Assembly (NCBI GenBank): GCA_021774255.1
Contig: JAJFJF010000007.1
Span: forward strand, 33,133-97,132
DNA length: 64,000 bases
Reading direction: 5' to 3'
Source: Gammaproteobacteria bacterium
Lineage (GTDB): Bacteria; Pseudomonadota; Gammaproteobacteria; JAJFJF01
Part shown: piece by piece, positions 53,764 to 63,785 of the stretch
Layout: each line of letters begins with the position of its first letter
Numbering within the stretch: the first letter of the stretch is position 1
Translations under genes and position numbers: made by a program
The notes under the pieces: model-generated
Database searches by the model: none
The model's input: only the letters and a program-made list of their open reading frames with translations
Told to the model about the DNA's origin: nothing

Positions 53764-54228
53764 TTATATGGAGAGCACCTGCAATGCTTCTGGCAATGAA
53801 GCGCTATCTTGCGGTGCACTGGCTGCCTCCAACCACACGTCGCGGCGCTGTTGCCAGTCTGTTTCACTCCAGAGTTCAAATTTCTTACCTTGCCCTACTA
53901 AAATCAGTGCTTTTTGCAGGCTGGCATAATCACGTAAAAGCGGCGGCACCATGATGCGCCCCGTGCCATCGAGCTCTGCTTCGGTGGCATGGCCAATTAA
54001 CAAGCGTTGAATGCGGCGTGATGTCGCATCAAAACTGGGTAACGCCTCCAGACGCGCTTCTATCGCCTCCCATTCAGGCAGGGGATACAGCAGCAAGCAG
54101 CGCTCATCCGTATCGATAGTCAAAACGAGTTTTCCTTCGCATCGTTCGTGCAGGCGCTCGCGGTAACGTACTGGCATGGCCATACGTCCTTTGCTGTCTA
54201 AATTAATTGAGCTGACACCACGAAACAC
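53764..54228 (-). CDS. mraZ: Transcriptional regulator MraZ
   Basis: Duplicated 'DxKGRxxxP' motif. First gene of the dcw cluster. Confidence 0.93.
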   Translation of the reverse strand: MFRGVSSINLDSKGRMAMPVRYRERLHERCEGKLVLTIDTDERCLLLYPLPEWEAIEARLEALPSFDATSRRIQRLLIGHATEAELDGTGRIMVPPLLRDYASLQKALILVGQGKKFELWSETDWQQRRDVWLEAASAPQDSASLPEALQVLSI

Positions 54229-54270
54229 GACACGAAACCTCTATAGTTATTGGCACTTAGGGATCTTTAT

Positions 54271-54300
54271 TCACCAAAAAAATCCACTTTCTCCCACATT
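54271..54300 (-). promoter_or_regulatory. Candidate MraZ operator: three direct GTGGG/GTGGA/GGTGA repeats upstream of mraZ
   Basis: Minus-strand reading: GTGGGagaaaGTGGAtttttttGGTGA. This resembles the E. coli MraZ-box architecture. Confidence 0.35.
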
Positions 54301-54673
54301 CTGCCACTATATCGTATTTGACAAGGCTCTGCTATCCCTCTTAGTGCACAAACTGCACTCAAATCATCTTATTAACTCAAATTGAATCACACAATAATAG
54401 TTATCTAACAAGCTATTTCTCAGAATGCGAATATTAGCACAAAGCAGATCGCGTCCCTATCTTCCTAAGGAAATAAAAGCGCTTTTAGTGAGCTCTCACT
54501 GGCCCAGAACAATTAAAAATCGCGGAATAAAACCTTTATCTCGCGGTTTCCTCAATTTTTTTGATGCTTTCGCTGGGTATAACGGTAAAACAATAACTTA
54601 CGAGGCGGATTGCGAACAAAGAATACTCGATATGAGAAAAAATAAAGATGCTACTTTGAGAAGATAAAGAAAA

Positions 54674-55025
54674 AGGAGTCAGCCGATAAGCCGGGTTCTG
54701 TCGTGGGCAATCATTCATCTAGGCGCGACGTCGCCATCGCGCTCAAGCAGCCTACCCGGGTTCAGCGCGGGACACGCCTGTAGAACCCCTATTTGGCCTT
54801 GCTCCGAGTGGGGTTTGCCCTGCCGCTCCGGTTACCCGCAGCGCGGTGCGCTCTTACCGCACCATTTCACCCTTACCCGCTTGCGCAGGCGGTATATTTT
54901 CTGTGGCACTTTCCGTAGGCTTGCGCCCCCCAGGGATTACCTGGCACCCTTCCCTATGGAGCCCGGACTTTCCTCTCCGCTACTAATAGCGCAGCGATTG
55001 CCTGGCCAACTCCAACAGCCAGCAT
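54674..55025 (-). ncRNA. rnpB: RNase P RNA (bacterial type A)
   Basis: The reverse complement contains the universally conserved blocks GGAAAGTCCGGGCTCCATAGGG, GGTGAAA.GGTGCGGTAAGAGCGCACC, ACAGAACCCGGCTTA. Alignable to E. coli M1 RNA along its length. Confidence 0.88.
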
Positions 55026-55057
55026 ATCGCGTTATGCGTAAATTGGCAAAGGATGAG

Positions 55058-56449
55058 TTAGATCTGCAAGACAATCATTTTCTCTTGTGTCATATCGTGC
55101 ATCGTATAGCCAATACCGCCGAGGCTTAAGCCCGACTGACGACGGCCGCCAAAAGGCATCCAGTCTACGCGAAACGCCGTGTGATCGTTGACCATCACGG
55201 CCGTGGCATCCAGGCGCTTGACGGTATCCATGGCACTATCAATATGCTGGCTGAAAACGGCTGCTTGGAAAGCATACGGCAAGCTATTGGCCTGCGCGAT
55301 GGCTGCCAAACGATCGGTATAACTATAAACACACACCACCGGCCCAAACACTTCTAATGTTGAAATAGTGGCATCATCGGGTGGGTTGAGCAGCACCGTC
55401 GGTGCGTACGTGGTCTCGGATAATTTTTTACCGCCGCAAAAACATTGCGCGCCTTGTTCAATGGCCTCTGTCACCCATTTATGTACGCGATCGACTTCCG
55501 CTGGCACGATCAGCGGGCCCACTTCTGTCTTTTCATCGCGTGCATCGCCCACAATTAATTTTTCAGCGGCCTGCGCTAATTTTTTTGCCAATGATTCAGC
55601 CATTGCTTCAGGCGCAAACACACGCTGCACCGACACACACACTTGCCCGGCATGATAAAAGCCGCCTTTGACTAATTTAGGGAGCAGTGCATCAATATCA
55701 GCACTTTCATCAATAATCACCGGCGCCACACCGCCATGCTCCAACGCACAACGCACACCCGGTGCGACTTGTTGCCGTAACATCCAACCCACTTTACCTG
55801 AGCCAATAAAGCTTAAAAAAGCGATGCGCGGATCTTTGACCAGCAGCCCAACCGTTTCATTATCGCACACGCAAGATTGGCACCAACCTTCCGGCAAGCC
55901 TGCTTTTTGCAACAACGCTACCACTTTTAAACAATTAAGCGGCGTGCTTGACGCGGGCTTTACAATCACGGGGCAACCTGCCGCCACCGCCGCAATAGCT
56001 TGGTGAATAATTAAATTTAAAGGGTGATTAAAAGCGCTAATGGCCAGCACCACACCGATGGGCTCGCGCGTGGTAAACGCCACTTTACCTTCTGCTGCTG
56101 GCGTTAAGCCCATTGGAATTTCAGTGCCTTTTAAATGACTGAGCTCATGGATCGCTACACCCACACCATCAATGGCACGTGCCACTTCCACACGTGCATC
56201 GATCAAGGGCTTGCCGCCCTCACTGGCAATGAGATAAGCCAGCTCTTCTTTTTGCGCCTCCATCAAGGGGATCAATTTATTTAAAATGGCAATGCGCTGA
56301 TGCGGTGGCAACCACGCATCCCTGTCATTAAATAAGGCTTTTGCTGTTGATAGCATACGTTCGACATCGTCTGCCGTTTGCATCTCCACATCAGCAATGT
56401 GTGATTGATCAAAAGGACAATACACCGCTAGTTTTTTCATATTAAACAC
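55058..56449 (-). CDS. NAD(P)-dependent aldehyde dehydrogenase
   Basis: ALDH family catalytic region ('FQAAVFSQH', 'EVFGPV', Cys/Glu active-site context). Confidence 0.85.
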   Translation of the reverse strand: MFNMKKLAVYCPFDQSHIADVEMQTADDVERMLSTAKALFNDRDAWLPPHQRIAILNKLIPLMEAQKEELAYLIASEGGKPLIDARVEVARAIDGVGVAIHELSHLKGTEIPMGLTPAAEGKVAFTTREPIGVVLAISAFNHPLNLIIHQAIAAVAAGCPVIVKPASSTPLNCLKVVALLQKAGLPEGWCQSCVCDNETVGLLVKDPRIAFLSFIGSGKVGWMLRQQVAPGVRCALEHGGVAPVIIDESADIDALLPKLVKGGFYHAGQVCVSVQRVFAPEAMAESLAKKLAQAAEKLIVGDARDEKTEVGPLIVPAEVDRVHKWVTEAIEQGAQCFCGGKKLSETTYAPTVLLNPPDDATISTLEVFGPVVCVYSYTDRLAAIAQANSLPYAFQAAVFSQHIDSAMDTVKRLDATAVMVNDHTAFRVDWMPFGGRRQSGLSLGGIGYTMHDMTQEKMIVLQI

Positions 56450-58098
56450 ACCTTATGTTTTAATTCATCGATGAGCACGCGTTGGTTTTCAGAGTAATCC
56501 ACTGGCGTATCAATTAAATGCACACCGCCTGCCTTGAAACAATGCTGCAACGTCGGCACAAAGTCTTCGGTTTTTTCAATGCGGTGGCCTTTGGCGCCGT
56601 AACTTTTCGCGTACGCGACAAAATCGGGGTTACCAAAATCTAAACTGTAGTCCGGAAAGCCATAGTCTTCTTGTTTCCAGCGGATCATCCCGTAGGCATC
56701 ATCACGCAATATCAACACGACTAAATTTAATTTCAAGCGCACGGCTGTCTCCATTTCTTGTGAGTTCATCATAAAACCGCCGTCACCGCAGATAGCCATC
56801 ACTTGGCGCTCAGGATACAACATCGCCGCCATCATCGCACTGGGCAAACCCGCGCCCATACTCGCCAACGCATTGTCGAGCAACACCGTGTTGGGTTCAT
56901 GTGCAAGATAATTGCGTGCAAACCAAATTTTATAAATGCCGTTATCCAGCGCAATCACACCATTACACGGCATCGCCGTACGCACATCGGCGACGACACG
57001 CTGCGGAATAAGGGGAAAGGCAGGGTCGTCGCTGCGCTCAACAATATGCGTATCAATACCGTTTTTGACGCGTTTAAAATAATCAAAATCGTACTCTGGT
57101 ATATCCGTCAACCCTTCTGTTAAGCGCCGTATGGTTGTACCGATATCACCCACGACTTCAAGTTGTGGGAAATACACGGGATCTACATGCGCAGGCAAAA
57201 AGTTGATATGGATCACATGATGTTTATCACCTTGCTCCATAAGAAACGGCGGTTTCTCAACAATATCGTGACCGACATTAATAATGAGATCGGCCTGCTC
57301 AATCGCACAATGCAAATAATCACCCGAAGACAAAGCCGCCGTGCCCAAAAAGCACGGATGGCGCTCATCAATTACGCCTTTACCCATCTGCGTATTAAAA
57401 AATGGGATCTGTGTTTTCTCAACGAATTCTGATAGCGACTCGTGCGCCCATTTTCGGTTGGCACCGGCACCAATTAAGAGCAACGGTTTTTTGGCCGCCT
57501 GCAGCATTTGAATGGCGCGCGCGATTGCTTTTTGATCGGCATCGGGGCGCCGCGCATGCGTCACCGTAAAGAGCACGGGTTCATCTGTTTTTTCTTCTGC
57601 AATATCTTCGGGCAATTCAAGATGCACGGGGCCGGGGCACTCTTCGGCCGCCAAGCGAAACGATTCTCGCACTAAAGAAGGAATAGACGCACTGCCGACG
57701 ACTTGGCGTGTCATTTTGGTGAGCGGCTCCAGCATGCGCACCACATCGACAATCTGAAAGCGCCCTTGTTTACTGCTTTTGATGGGCTTTTGCCCGGTGA
57801 GCATCACCATCGGCATGCCGCCGAGTTTGGCATAAGCCGCCGCGGTGACTAGATTAGTCGCCCCTGGCCCCAACGTTGACAGGCATACTCCCGGCTCACC
57901 GGTTAAGCGGCCGTATGTCGCGGCCATAAAGCCCGCGGCCTGTTCATGGCGGGTTAAAATAAATTGAATGCTAGAAGTGCGGATGGATTCCAGCAAATCA
58001 AGATTTTCTTCCCCCGGCACACCGAAGATGTATTTCACGCCTTCGTTTTCCAAGGCACGTACAAAGAGATCTGAGGCTTTTGATTTTTTCGCTGGCAT
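56437..58098 (-). CDS. Thiamine-pyrophosphate enzyme of the acetolactate-synthase/2-keto-acid decarboxylase family
   Basis: TPP N-terminal domain ('GVPGEENLDLL', 'HEQAAGFMA') and C-terminal TPP-binding 'GDGGFMMN'. Confidence 0.8.
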   Translation of the reverse strand: MPAKKSKASDLFVRALENEGVKYIFGVPGEENLDLLESIRTSSIQFILTRHEQAAGFMAATYGRLTGEPGVCLSTLGPGATNLVTAAAYAKLGGMPMVMLTGQKPIKSSKQGRFQIVDVVRMLEPLTKMTRQVVGSASIPSLVRESFRLAAEECPGPVHLELPEDIAEEKTDEPVLFTVTHARRPDADQKAIARAIQMLQAAKKPLLLIGAGANRKWAHESLSEFVEKTQIPFFNTQMGKGVIDERHPCFLGTAALSSGDYLHCAIEQADLIINVGHDIVEKPPFLMEQGDKHHVIHINFLPAHVDPVYFPQLEVVGDIGTTIRRLTEGLTDIPEYDFDYFKRVKNGIDTHIVERSDDPAFPLIPQRVVADVRTAMPCNGVIALDNGIYKIWFARNYLAHEPNTVLLDNALASMGAGLPSAMMAAMLYPERQVMAICGDGGFMMNSQEMETAVRLKLNLVVLILRDDAYGMIRWKQEDYGFPDYSLDFGNPDFVAYAKSYGAKGHRIEKTEDFVPTLQHCFKAGGVHLIDTPVDYSENQRVLIDELKHKVCLI

Positions 58099-58186
58099 AG
58101 AGGCGCTTCCCTAAAAAAATTATCCCTATTGAGAGTTTAGCATTTTTTGCGACGGCTTCTGAGCTTGGCATGTCTTTTAAGCCCAA

Positions 58187-58205
58187 TAGATATGCCCGAC
58201 CCTTT
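58187..58205 (+). repeat. 19-bp direct repeat TAGATATGCCCGACCCTTT (copy a)
   Basis: A near-identical copy lies at 59141-59160. Together they bracket the truncated ATPase gene. Confidence 0.6.
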
Positions 58206-58345
58206 AATTCATATAAATATAACTCATCATCTTATGAGTCATAAAAATAGGATATTCACTCTCAACTCATGTAAAAATGCTCCTCTAAACTCCAAATTGC
58301 GGCACAAAATGGAGATTTCACTTCCATTTTCGCGCAAAAATTAGA

Positions 58346-59113
58346 ATGGCGCCCAAGATATATGCTAAAAACGAAAGCCTCTCTCTAGGACTACTGCCAT
58401 TGGTACTCGCAGCACCTGTCCCTGAAGAGGTATTGCGTGCTTACATCGGTTTATATTTGCGTGAGGAAGTACAAGCAGAAGGGATGGTGCGAAATATTGG
58501 CCACTTCTCACGCTTTTTAGAAGCCATTAGCTTTTCTCACGCAAGCTTACTGAACGTTAGCCAAGTGGCACGCGAGTGTGAAGTGGGGAGAAAGATTGTT
58601 GAGGGCTACCTTAACGTATTAGAAGATTTATTGCTCGGCTACCGGCTACCTGTTTTTACCCGGCGCGCCAAACGCGCGACCGTTGCACACCCCAAGTTTT
58701 ATTACTTCGATGCAGGTGTCTTTACCCACATACGCCCTAAAGGACCACTGGATAAACCACAAGAAATAGCCGGTGCGGCACTAGAAGGCTTAGTCGTACA
58801 ACATCTGAAAGCATGGAATGCTTACCAAGCTGAATCCTTCTCACTTTACTTTTGGCGAACACGCGCTGGCGTTGAAGTCGATTTCATTGTGTATGGCGAG
58901 GCTGGTTTTTGGGCAATTGAAGTGAAGCATGCAAACAAAATTTATAATAGGGATTTACGAGGCCTACGAAGCTTTTGCGAAGATTACCCAGAAGCCACGC
59001 CTCTGATGCTTTATCGTGGTACAGAGCGACTTAAGATACACGGTATTTTATGTTTACCCGTTGAGGAATTTTTAAAGACGCTCAAACCTGGTAAGCCACT
59101 GATGGCAGTATGA
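58346..59113 (+). pseudogene. N-terminally truncated AAA ATPase (DUF4143 C-terminal region only; P-loop AAA_14 module missing)
   Basis: The 'PKFYYFDAGV' and 'EVDFIVYGEAGFWAIEVK' regions are typical of the DUF4143 family. No upstream Walker A in any frame. Confidence 0.55.
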
Positions 59114-59140
59114 AAATAATCAATATTCTTTTGAAACTAT

Positions 59141-59195
59141 TAGATATGCCCGACCCCTTTTGTGGTTTTTTTAAAAAGCCACTTAAAGAGGCGTA
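59141..59195 (+). repeat. About 55-nt intergenic repeat (copy b), about 80% identical to 62881-62931
   Basis: GATATGCCCGACCCCTTTTGTGGTTTTTTTAAAAAGCCACTTAAAG compared with GAAATGCCTGACCCTTTTGGGGAAGGTTTTTAAAAAGACTTAAAG. Confidence 0.65.
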
Positions 59196-59287
59196 GTGCT
59201 GTGTCTTGTCGTGCATGTTGCAAAACATATGCGTGATGCTAGTAATAAATACAAGCATGCCAAGATTACGCTGAATTTGACTATGGC

Positions 59288-62200
59288 TTATGTGTCCCCA
59301 CCAAGCAAGTCTTGTGTCATGCCAGCTTCTCCTCCGTCTGCTTCTGATCTGTTTCCAAGTGTCATCATCGCAACATGATGACGACGCTTAGGCCGAACCG
59401 TTTGCGAGCCAACCTGCTGCCAACTTTTTGCGCCACTTTCTTCTGCTGCCTGATAAACGTGCAATTCAAACTCCGCCAAAATCCGGCCGTCATAACCATA
59501 AACACGGACGGTAATGATGCCGACGTCATTTTCTTGGGGCGTGCCAGAGAGTGTGTCTAACGTTGAACCCTGTAGCCAGTTTGGCAGAAGTTGTTTTTTG
59601 GTCAGTCTTTTTCCTGCAATAAATACCTGCACGTATTCAATTTCATTGGCTTTGTTTTTCAACTGCGGCAAACTAGTCAATGTAAAGTTATATTCTTCAC
59701 CCACCTTTGTAATTTGCCGCGGTGCGCGGTACTTACGCCCAGCAAACCAATTCCACAGTAGGTAATAATAACGATACCCTGCAAACAGCACAGACAATAT
59801 CGTACCAATTGGCGCGGCGGCCTTGATAAAAAGCTCCCAAAACGATTCGCCTTCTACAAACAGATAAAATGTTTCCACCACACTTGCTTGCCCATCGCTG
59901 GCTCTGACTTCAATCGTGTGCTGCCTGTCAGCATAGAAATCAGTATGCCACATGCCTGGTTTACCTGAGAGGGCTTGTAAAATAGGATCAAACCCTAACC
60001 ATTCCGGTAGCGACCGACCACCTGCTTGTGAAACAGTGACATTCAAGTCGTCATAGTTGACGTCTATAAAAGTATCTTTGAGCAACAGCGAAAAAAGCTG
60101 CCCCACTTGCGCAACCTGACTGCCGATGGAATTTTTCACGACGGGTGGCTGGTTTGTTGTATCTTCAATCGTCAAAGTAAAGGTATCAAGCGCATACGCC
60201 CCCTCTACATCCGTTGCACGCACCGTAACACGCAGTATCTCGGGTGAGACGGGCAAACCCGAAAAAGTACGTGTGGCATTTGCAAAAGTGAGCCAGTCAG
60301 GCAACGCGCCGCCACCTTCTAACGTGGCACTGTAGCTCAACACGCCGCCATCGGGGTCTTCAAACGTGCCTTCAGCAAATATAAAAGTAAACTCACGCTT
60401 TGTGTAGCCCGTTTGTGCCGGGATTTTGATTGCTAAAATCGGTGGGTGGTTACCTGCAATTTCAGAAATCGTCAGCCCAAAACTCAGCGACGCTGTGGCA
60501 TTGAACGGATCCGTTGCGATCACTGCCAGCATCAAAAAGCCGACGTTTTCAGACACCCCTGAAAAAGTGATCGCTTCTGGGTCAAACACTATCCACGGTA
60601 GCAGCTCCCCGCCCCCAAACAGGCTCGCACCAAAAACTAATATGTCATCATCCAAATCGTAAAAAGATCCGGACGGTACACTAAAGGCAAATGGCTGACG
60701 CAAGGTCGCGACTTGATTGGGGTACGGCGTCGTGACGATCGGCGCGCTATTGGGCGTGACGATTTCAAACACCGTGCTCACGGCACCACCAAAGCCATCG
60801 CTGACAGTGAGGTTCACCCAGAACGTGCCGCGAGTGGTGGCAGTGCCTGAAAAAATCCCGAGTACCGAATTAAATTGCAGCCAGGCAGGGAGCGGCCCAC
60901 CGTCAAGCGCCTTGGCAGAAAAATCCAGTTTGTCACCATCATCATCAAAAAAAGCCGCCTCTGGCACAATAAACTGGAACGCCACGCCGTTGCGCGCGGT
61001 TTGTGCTGGGATAGCAGACTGCACTGTGGGCGCACGATTTGGTAGCGTGAGTGTGAAAGTCGTGCTTGTACACTTATCTGGCACGTTGCAGGCTTTCACG
61101 CTGATTTCTAGGCTCCCTTGTGCACCCGAGAGCGGCGTGCCCACAAACGTCTGTGTGTCTTTGAGAAAAGCTAACCAAGGCGGCAATGGGAACCCACTCA
61201 CCAAGGAGGCTTCGTAGATAAGCAACAAACCATTTGGGTCAATAAAAATATCCGCTGGCAATGTAAAAGAAAGGAATTGGCCAATGAAATGTCTCTGGGG
61301 AACAATAGCATTCTCAAGCAAAGGAAGCGCAATATGGGCACGCAATAACGGGTAGGTATACCCTGATCTCAGAAACCAAATTGAGGTAAAATCCCACCCT
61401 GTAAAGGTAGAATGTTGTTGCATATCTGCTGTTATTCTACCCTCGCCACCATCACTAGTCGATTGCCCAGAGATTTCAACATCCCAATAACTTTTTTGCA
61501 CGCTAATACTCCAAGCTTCCTTGCCTATTAACCCTCCTGTCGTACTGGAGCCAACGACTTGAGCTTTTGCATAACTATTTTCGATAATTGTTTCGCGAGA
61601 ACCAAGATTCTGCCTCCAATCTTCTCCTAACAAACCACCTACATTACTTGTGCCAACCACATCTCCTCCAGCATAGCTATTTTCAATAGTGATGCCGTAT
61701 CCACTACCAACTAAGCCCCCAACACCACTAGCCCCTCTCACGTCACCTAACGCATAAGAAAGCTCAATGATCATTCTTTCACTGTTTCCAACCAGACCAC
61801 CAACCTTATCACCAGAACCCATAACCTCGCAGTTAGAATAGGCAGAGACTATAAATCTCTCTGTTGAAAGAATACCTACTAACCCACCCACTGCAGTCGC
61901 ACCTGATACTCTACCTGTACTATGGCAACTTAGTATGTCATCACCACTATAACCTACGAGTCCACCTACATACGATGAACCAGTCACATAGATATTCTCA
62001 GCATAGCTCTCCACTGTTAAGCCATACTGTCCACCAGCAAGTCCGCCCACACTATCTGAACCCTGAATGTTACCTTCTTCAACAAAGCAGCTGCTTACCA
62101 TACCCCAGCTCCACCCCGCTAGTGCACCAACGAAATCATTCCCTGCTATCTGAGCATTCTTTAAGCCAACGTTATGGATGCGCGATAAGCTATAAGTATA

Positions 62201-62533
62201 TCCAAACAAGCCAACGCTGCGGCTGGTTGTGGGACGGTTGATGGTGAGGTTAAAGATGATGTGATGATTGCCCTGAAATGTGCCGGTAAACCTCCTGTAG
62301 CTGTCGTTATCTATGTAGTAACCCACTGGGTTAAACCCCTGTCCACCGTTCCAAGCAGCAGTCTCAGCACAATCAATGTCATTCATTAGCTCATAATCCC
62401 CGCCCAAATCATCTTCCATCGCCTGCAACTCGAGGCAGGTACGGATGGGAATGAAAGCCTGTGCTTGAATCTCCGCTATCCACAGGCACATAAACAACAA
62501 ACGCAGTGCCTGCCCACGCATGCACCGTGCCAT
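59288..62533 (-). CDS. Giant surface protein: signal peptide, GLUG N-terminal module and repeats, multiple cadherin-like/He_PIG domains, TM helix, conserved C-terminal tail
   Basis: GLUG repeats (VGGLVGYSG, VGGLLGE...). 'GGGALPDWLTF...TRTFSGLP' modules. TM 'PIGTILSVLFAGY'. Tail 'YRAPRQITKVGEEYNFTLTSLPQL'. Confidence 0.85.
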   Translation of the reverse strand: MARCMRGQALRLLFMCLWIAEIQAQAFIPIRTCLELQAMEDDLGGDYELMNDIDCAETAAWNGGQGFNPVGYYIDNDSYRRFTGTFQGNHHIIFNLTINRPTTSRSVGLFGYTYSLSRIHNVGLKNAQIAGNDFVGALAGWSWGMVSSCFVEEGNIQGSDSVGGLAGGQYGLTVESYAENIYVTGSSYVGGLVGYSGDDILSCHSTGRVSGATAVGGLVGILSTERFIVSAYSNCEVMGSGDKVGGLVGNSERMIIELSYALGDVRGASGVGGLVGSGYGITIENSYAGGDVVGTSNVGGLLGEDWRQNLGSRETIIENSYAKAQVVGSSTTGGLIGKEAWSISVQKSYWDVEISGQSTSDGGEGRITADMQQHSTFTGWDFTSIWFLRSGYTYPLLRAHIALPLLENAIVPQRHFIGQFLSFTLPADIFIDPNGLLLIYEASLVSGFPLPPWLAFLKDTQTFVGTPLSGAQGSLEISVKACNVPDKCTSTTFTLTLPNRAPTVQSAIPAQTARNGVAFQFIVPEAAFFDDDGDKLDFSAKALDGGPLPAWLQFNSVLGIFSGTATTRGTFWVNLTVSDGFGGAVSTVFEIVTPNSAPIVTTPYPNQVATLRQPFAFSVPSGSFYDLDDDILVFGASLFGGGELLPWIVFDPEAITFSGVSENVGFLMLAVIATDPFNATASLSFGLTISEIAGNHPPILAIKIPAQTGYTKREFTFIFAEGTFEDPDGGVLSYSATLEGGGALPDWLTFANATRTFSGLPVSPEILRVTVRATDVEGAYALDTFTLTIEDTTNQPPVVKNSIGSQVAQVGQLFSLLLKDTFIDVNYDDLNVTVSQAGGRSLPEWLGFDPILQALSGKPGMWHTDFYADRQHTIEVRASDGQASVVETFYLFVEGESFWELFIKAAAPIGTILSVLFAGYRYYYLLWNWFAGRKYRAPRQITKVGEEYNFTLTSLPQLKNKANEIEYVQVFIAGKRLTKKQLLPNWLQGSTLDTLSGTPQENDVGIITVRVYGYDGRILAEFELHVYQAAEESGAKSWQQVGSQTVRPKRRHHVAMMTLGNRSEADGGEAGMTQDLLGGDT

Positions 62534-62880
62534 TTCCTAATCTTATTGAAATGCGGTATTGCTTTTGAAAGAAAGCCTGTGAAGCCTGAAGACAAAATCA
62601 AAAAACAGTCAGACACGTATGGATGATGACGTGCCTCAACTCAACGCGTTTTACTCTTCTCTGATAATAGAGTAACAGGGAGAGGTAAGTTTTATCGGGA
62701 AGTCAGTTAACTTTGGTTGCTCGAAAGTGCGAATAGCAAATAGCAACCATCAGCTGCTTTTTGATCCCCGTAACATGAAGTACCCAGCCGCAGGGTCTAA
62801 GAGGTGCGACGTGCAAAACATTTTCTTCACCAGGTAAAGCGTTTTCATCTCAACGTTTAGAACAAAATATATTTATATAA

Positions 62881-62931
62881 GAAATGCCTGACCCTTTTGG
62901 GGAAGGTTTTTAAAAAGACTTAAAGCAGCAC
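62881..62931 (+). repeat. About 50-nt intergenic repeat (copy c)
   Basis: See copy b. Confidence 0.65.
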
Positions 62932-63122
62932 AATGCTACCGCTTGTGATGCAAGGGAAAATGATGCTCGCACCAAGTGCTGGGCGCCCAAAAGCTTGCTA
63001 AACTTGAGCAGCTCTCATACAAACGCAATCAGTAAACCTTCATCTGCATCATTTCCTCCTCCGCCTGCTTTTGATCTTTCTCAAGCCTGGCAGCATAAAA
63101 GAGGCTTACTACGCCGAACGGC

Positions 63123-63785
63123 TTACGGGCCCAACGCTCGCCATGATTCTGCAAAACCTGCATCGTCATCGCAATAAACACGCAATTCAAACTCCGCCAA
63201 AATGCAGCCACTGCTCGCAGAAACACGCACGGTGCTAATGCCAACGTCCGTCGCGCAGGGTGTACCAGAGATCGTCTTTGCCTGACCTGCCGCCTCTATC
63301 CAAAACGGGCGCCGCCGCCCTCCCCCTGGCACGCCTTCATCCATAATGAATACCCCTGTATAAGTCATCTGATCTTCTTTCCCTTGTAACTGTGGCAAGC
63401 TGCTCAATGCAAAACGGTAAGGTTCACCTACCTTCACAATTTGTCGAGGCGCTCGATACCAGCATCTACACACGGTATTCCAGAACAGATACTGGTAACG
63501 ATACACCCAAAACATTACGGATATTATGATACTTATCAGTGGGGCCACTGCGCGATAACGCTTAGGCTCGCTAAAGTACTCCGCCAGATTAAATCTTTGC
63601 CTACTCTCCGAATTGGCAGCCTCAGAGCCGTCGATGTTATCGAGAGGTTCATGGCTTCCCTGTAAATCGAATTGCATGGCCTGCAGGTCTTCGCAGGGAC
63701 AGCTAGACATCAGCACCCGAGTGCAGAGCAGCAGACCGCCCAGAAACAGCAAACACAGCGCGCCCCCCAGTAAGCACTTTGCCAT
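63123..63785 (-). CDS. Short paralog of the giant surface protein family: signal peptide and first ~50 aa of the GLUG N-module joined directly to the TM and conserved C-terminal tail (internal-deletion derivative)
   Basis: 'CEDLQAMQFDLQGSHEPLDNIDGSEA' aligns with 'CLELQAMEDDLGGDYELMNDIDCAE'. 'YRAPRQIVKVGEPYRFALSSLPQL' aligns with the tail of the 59288..62533 protein. There is a 23-nt exact match, cgcaattcaaactccgccaaaat. Confidence 0.7.
   Translation of the reverse strand: MAKCLLGGALCLLFLGGLLLCTRVLMSSCPCEDLQAMQFDLQGSHEPLDNIDGSEAANSESRQRFNLAEYFSEPKRYRAVAPLISIIISVMFWVYRYQYLFWNTVCRCWYRAPRQIVKVGEPYRFALSSLPQLQGKEDQMTYTGVFIMDEGVPGGGRRRPFWIEAAGQAKTISGTPCATDVGISTVRVSASSGCILAEFELRVYCDDDAGFAESWRALGP

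Noticed and set aside
54815-55129. 104-aa + strand ORF
   Set aside because: It overlaps the rnpB RNA gene almost completely. The RNase P RNA assignment is far better supported.
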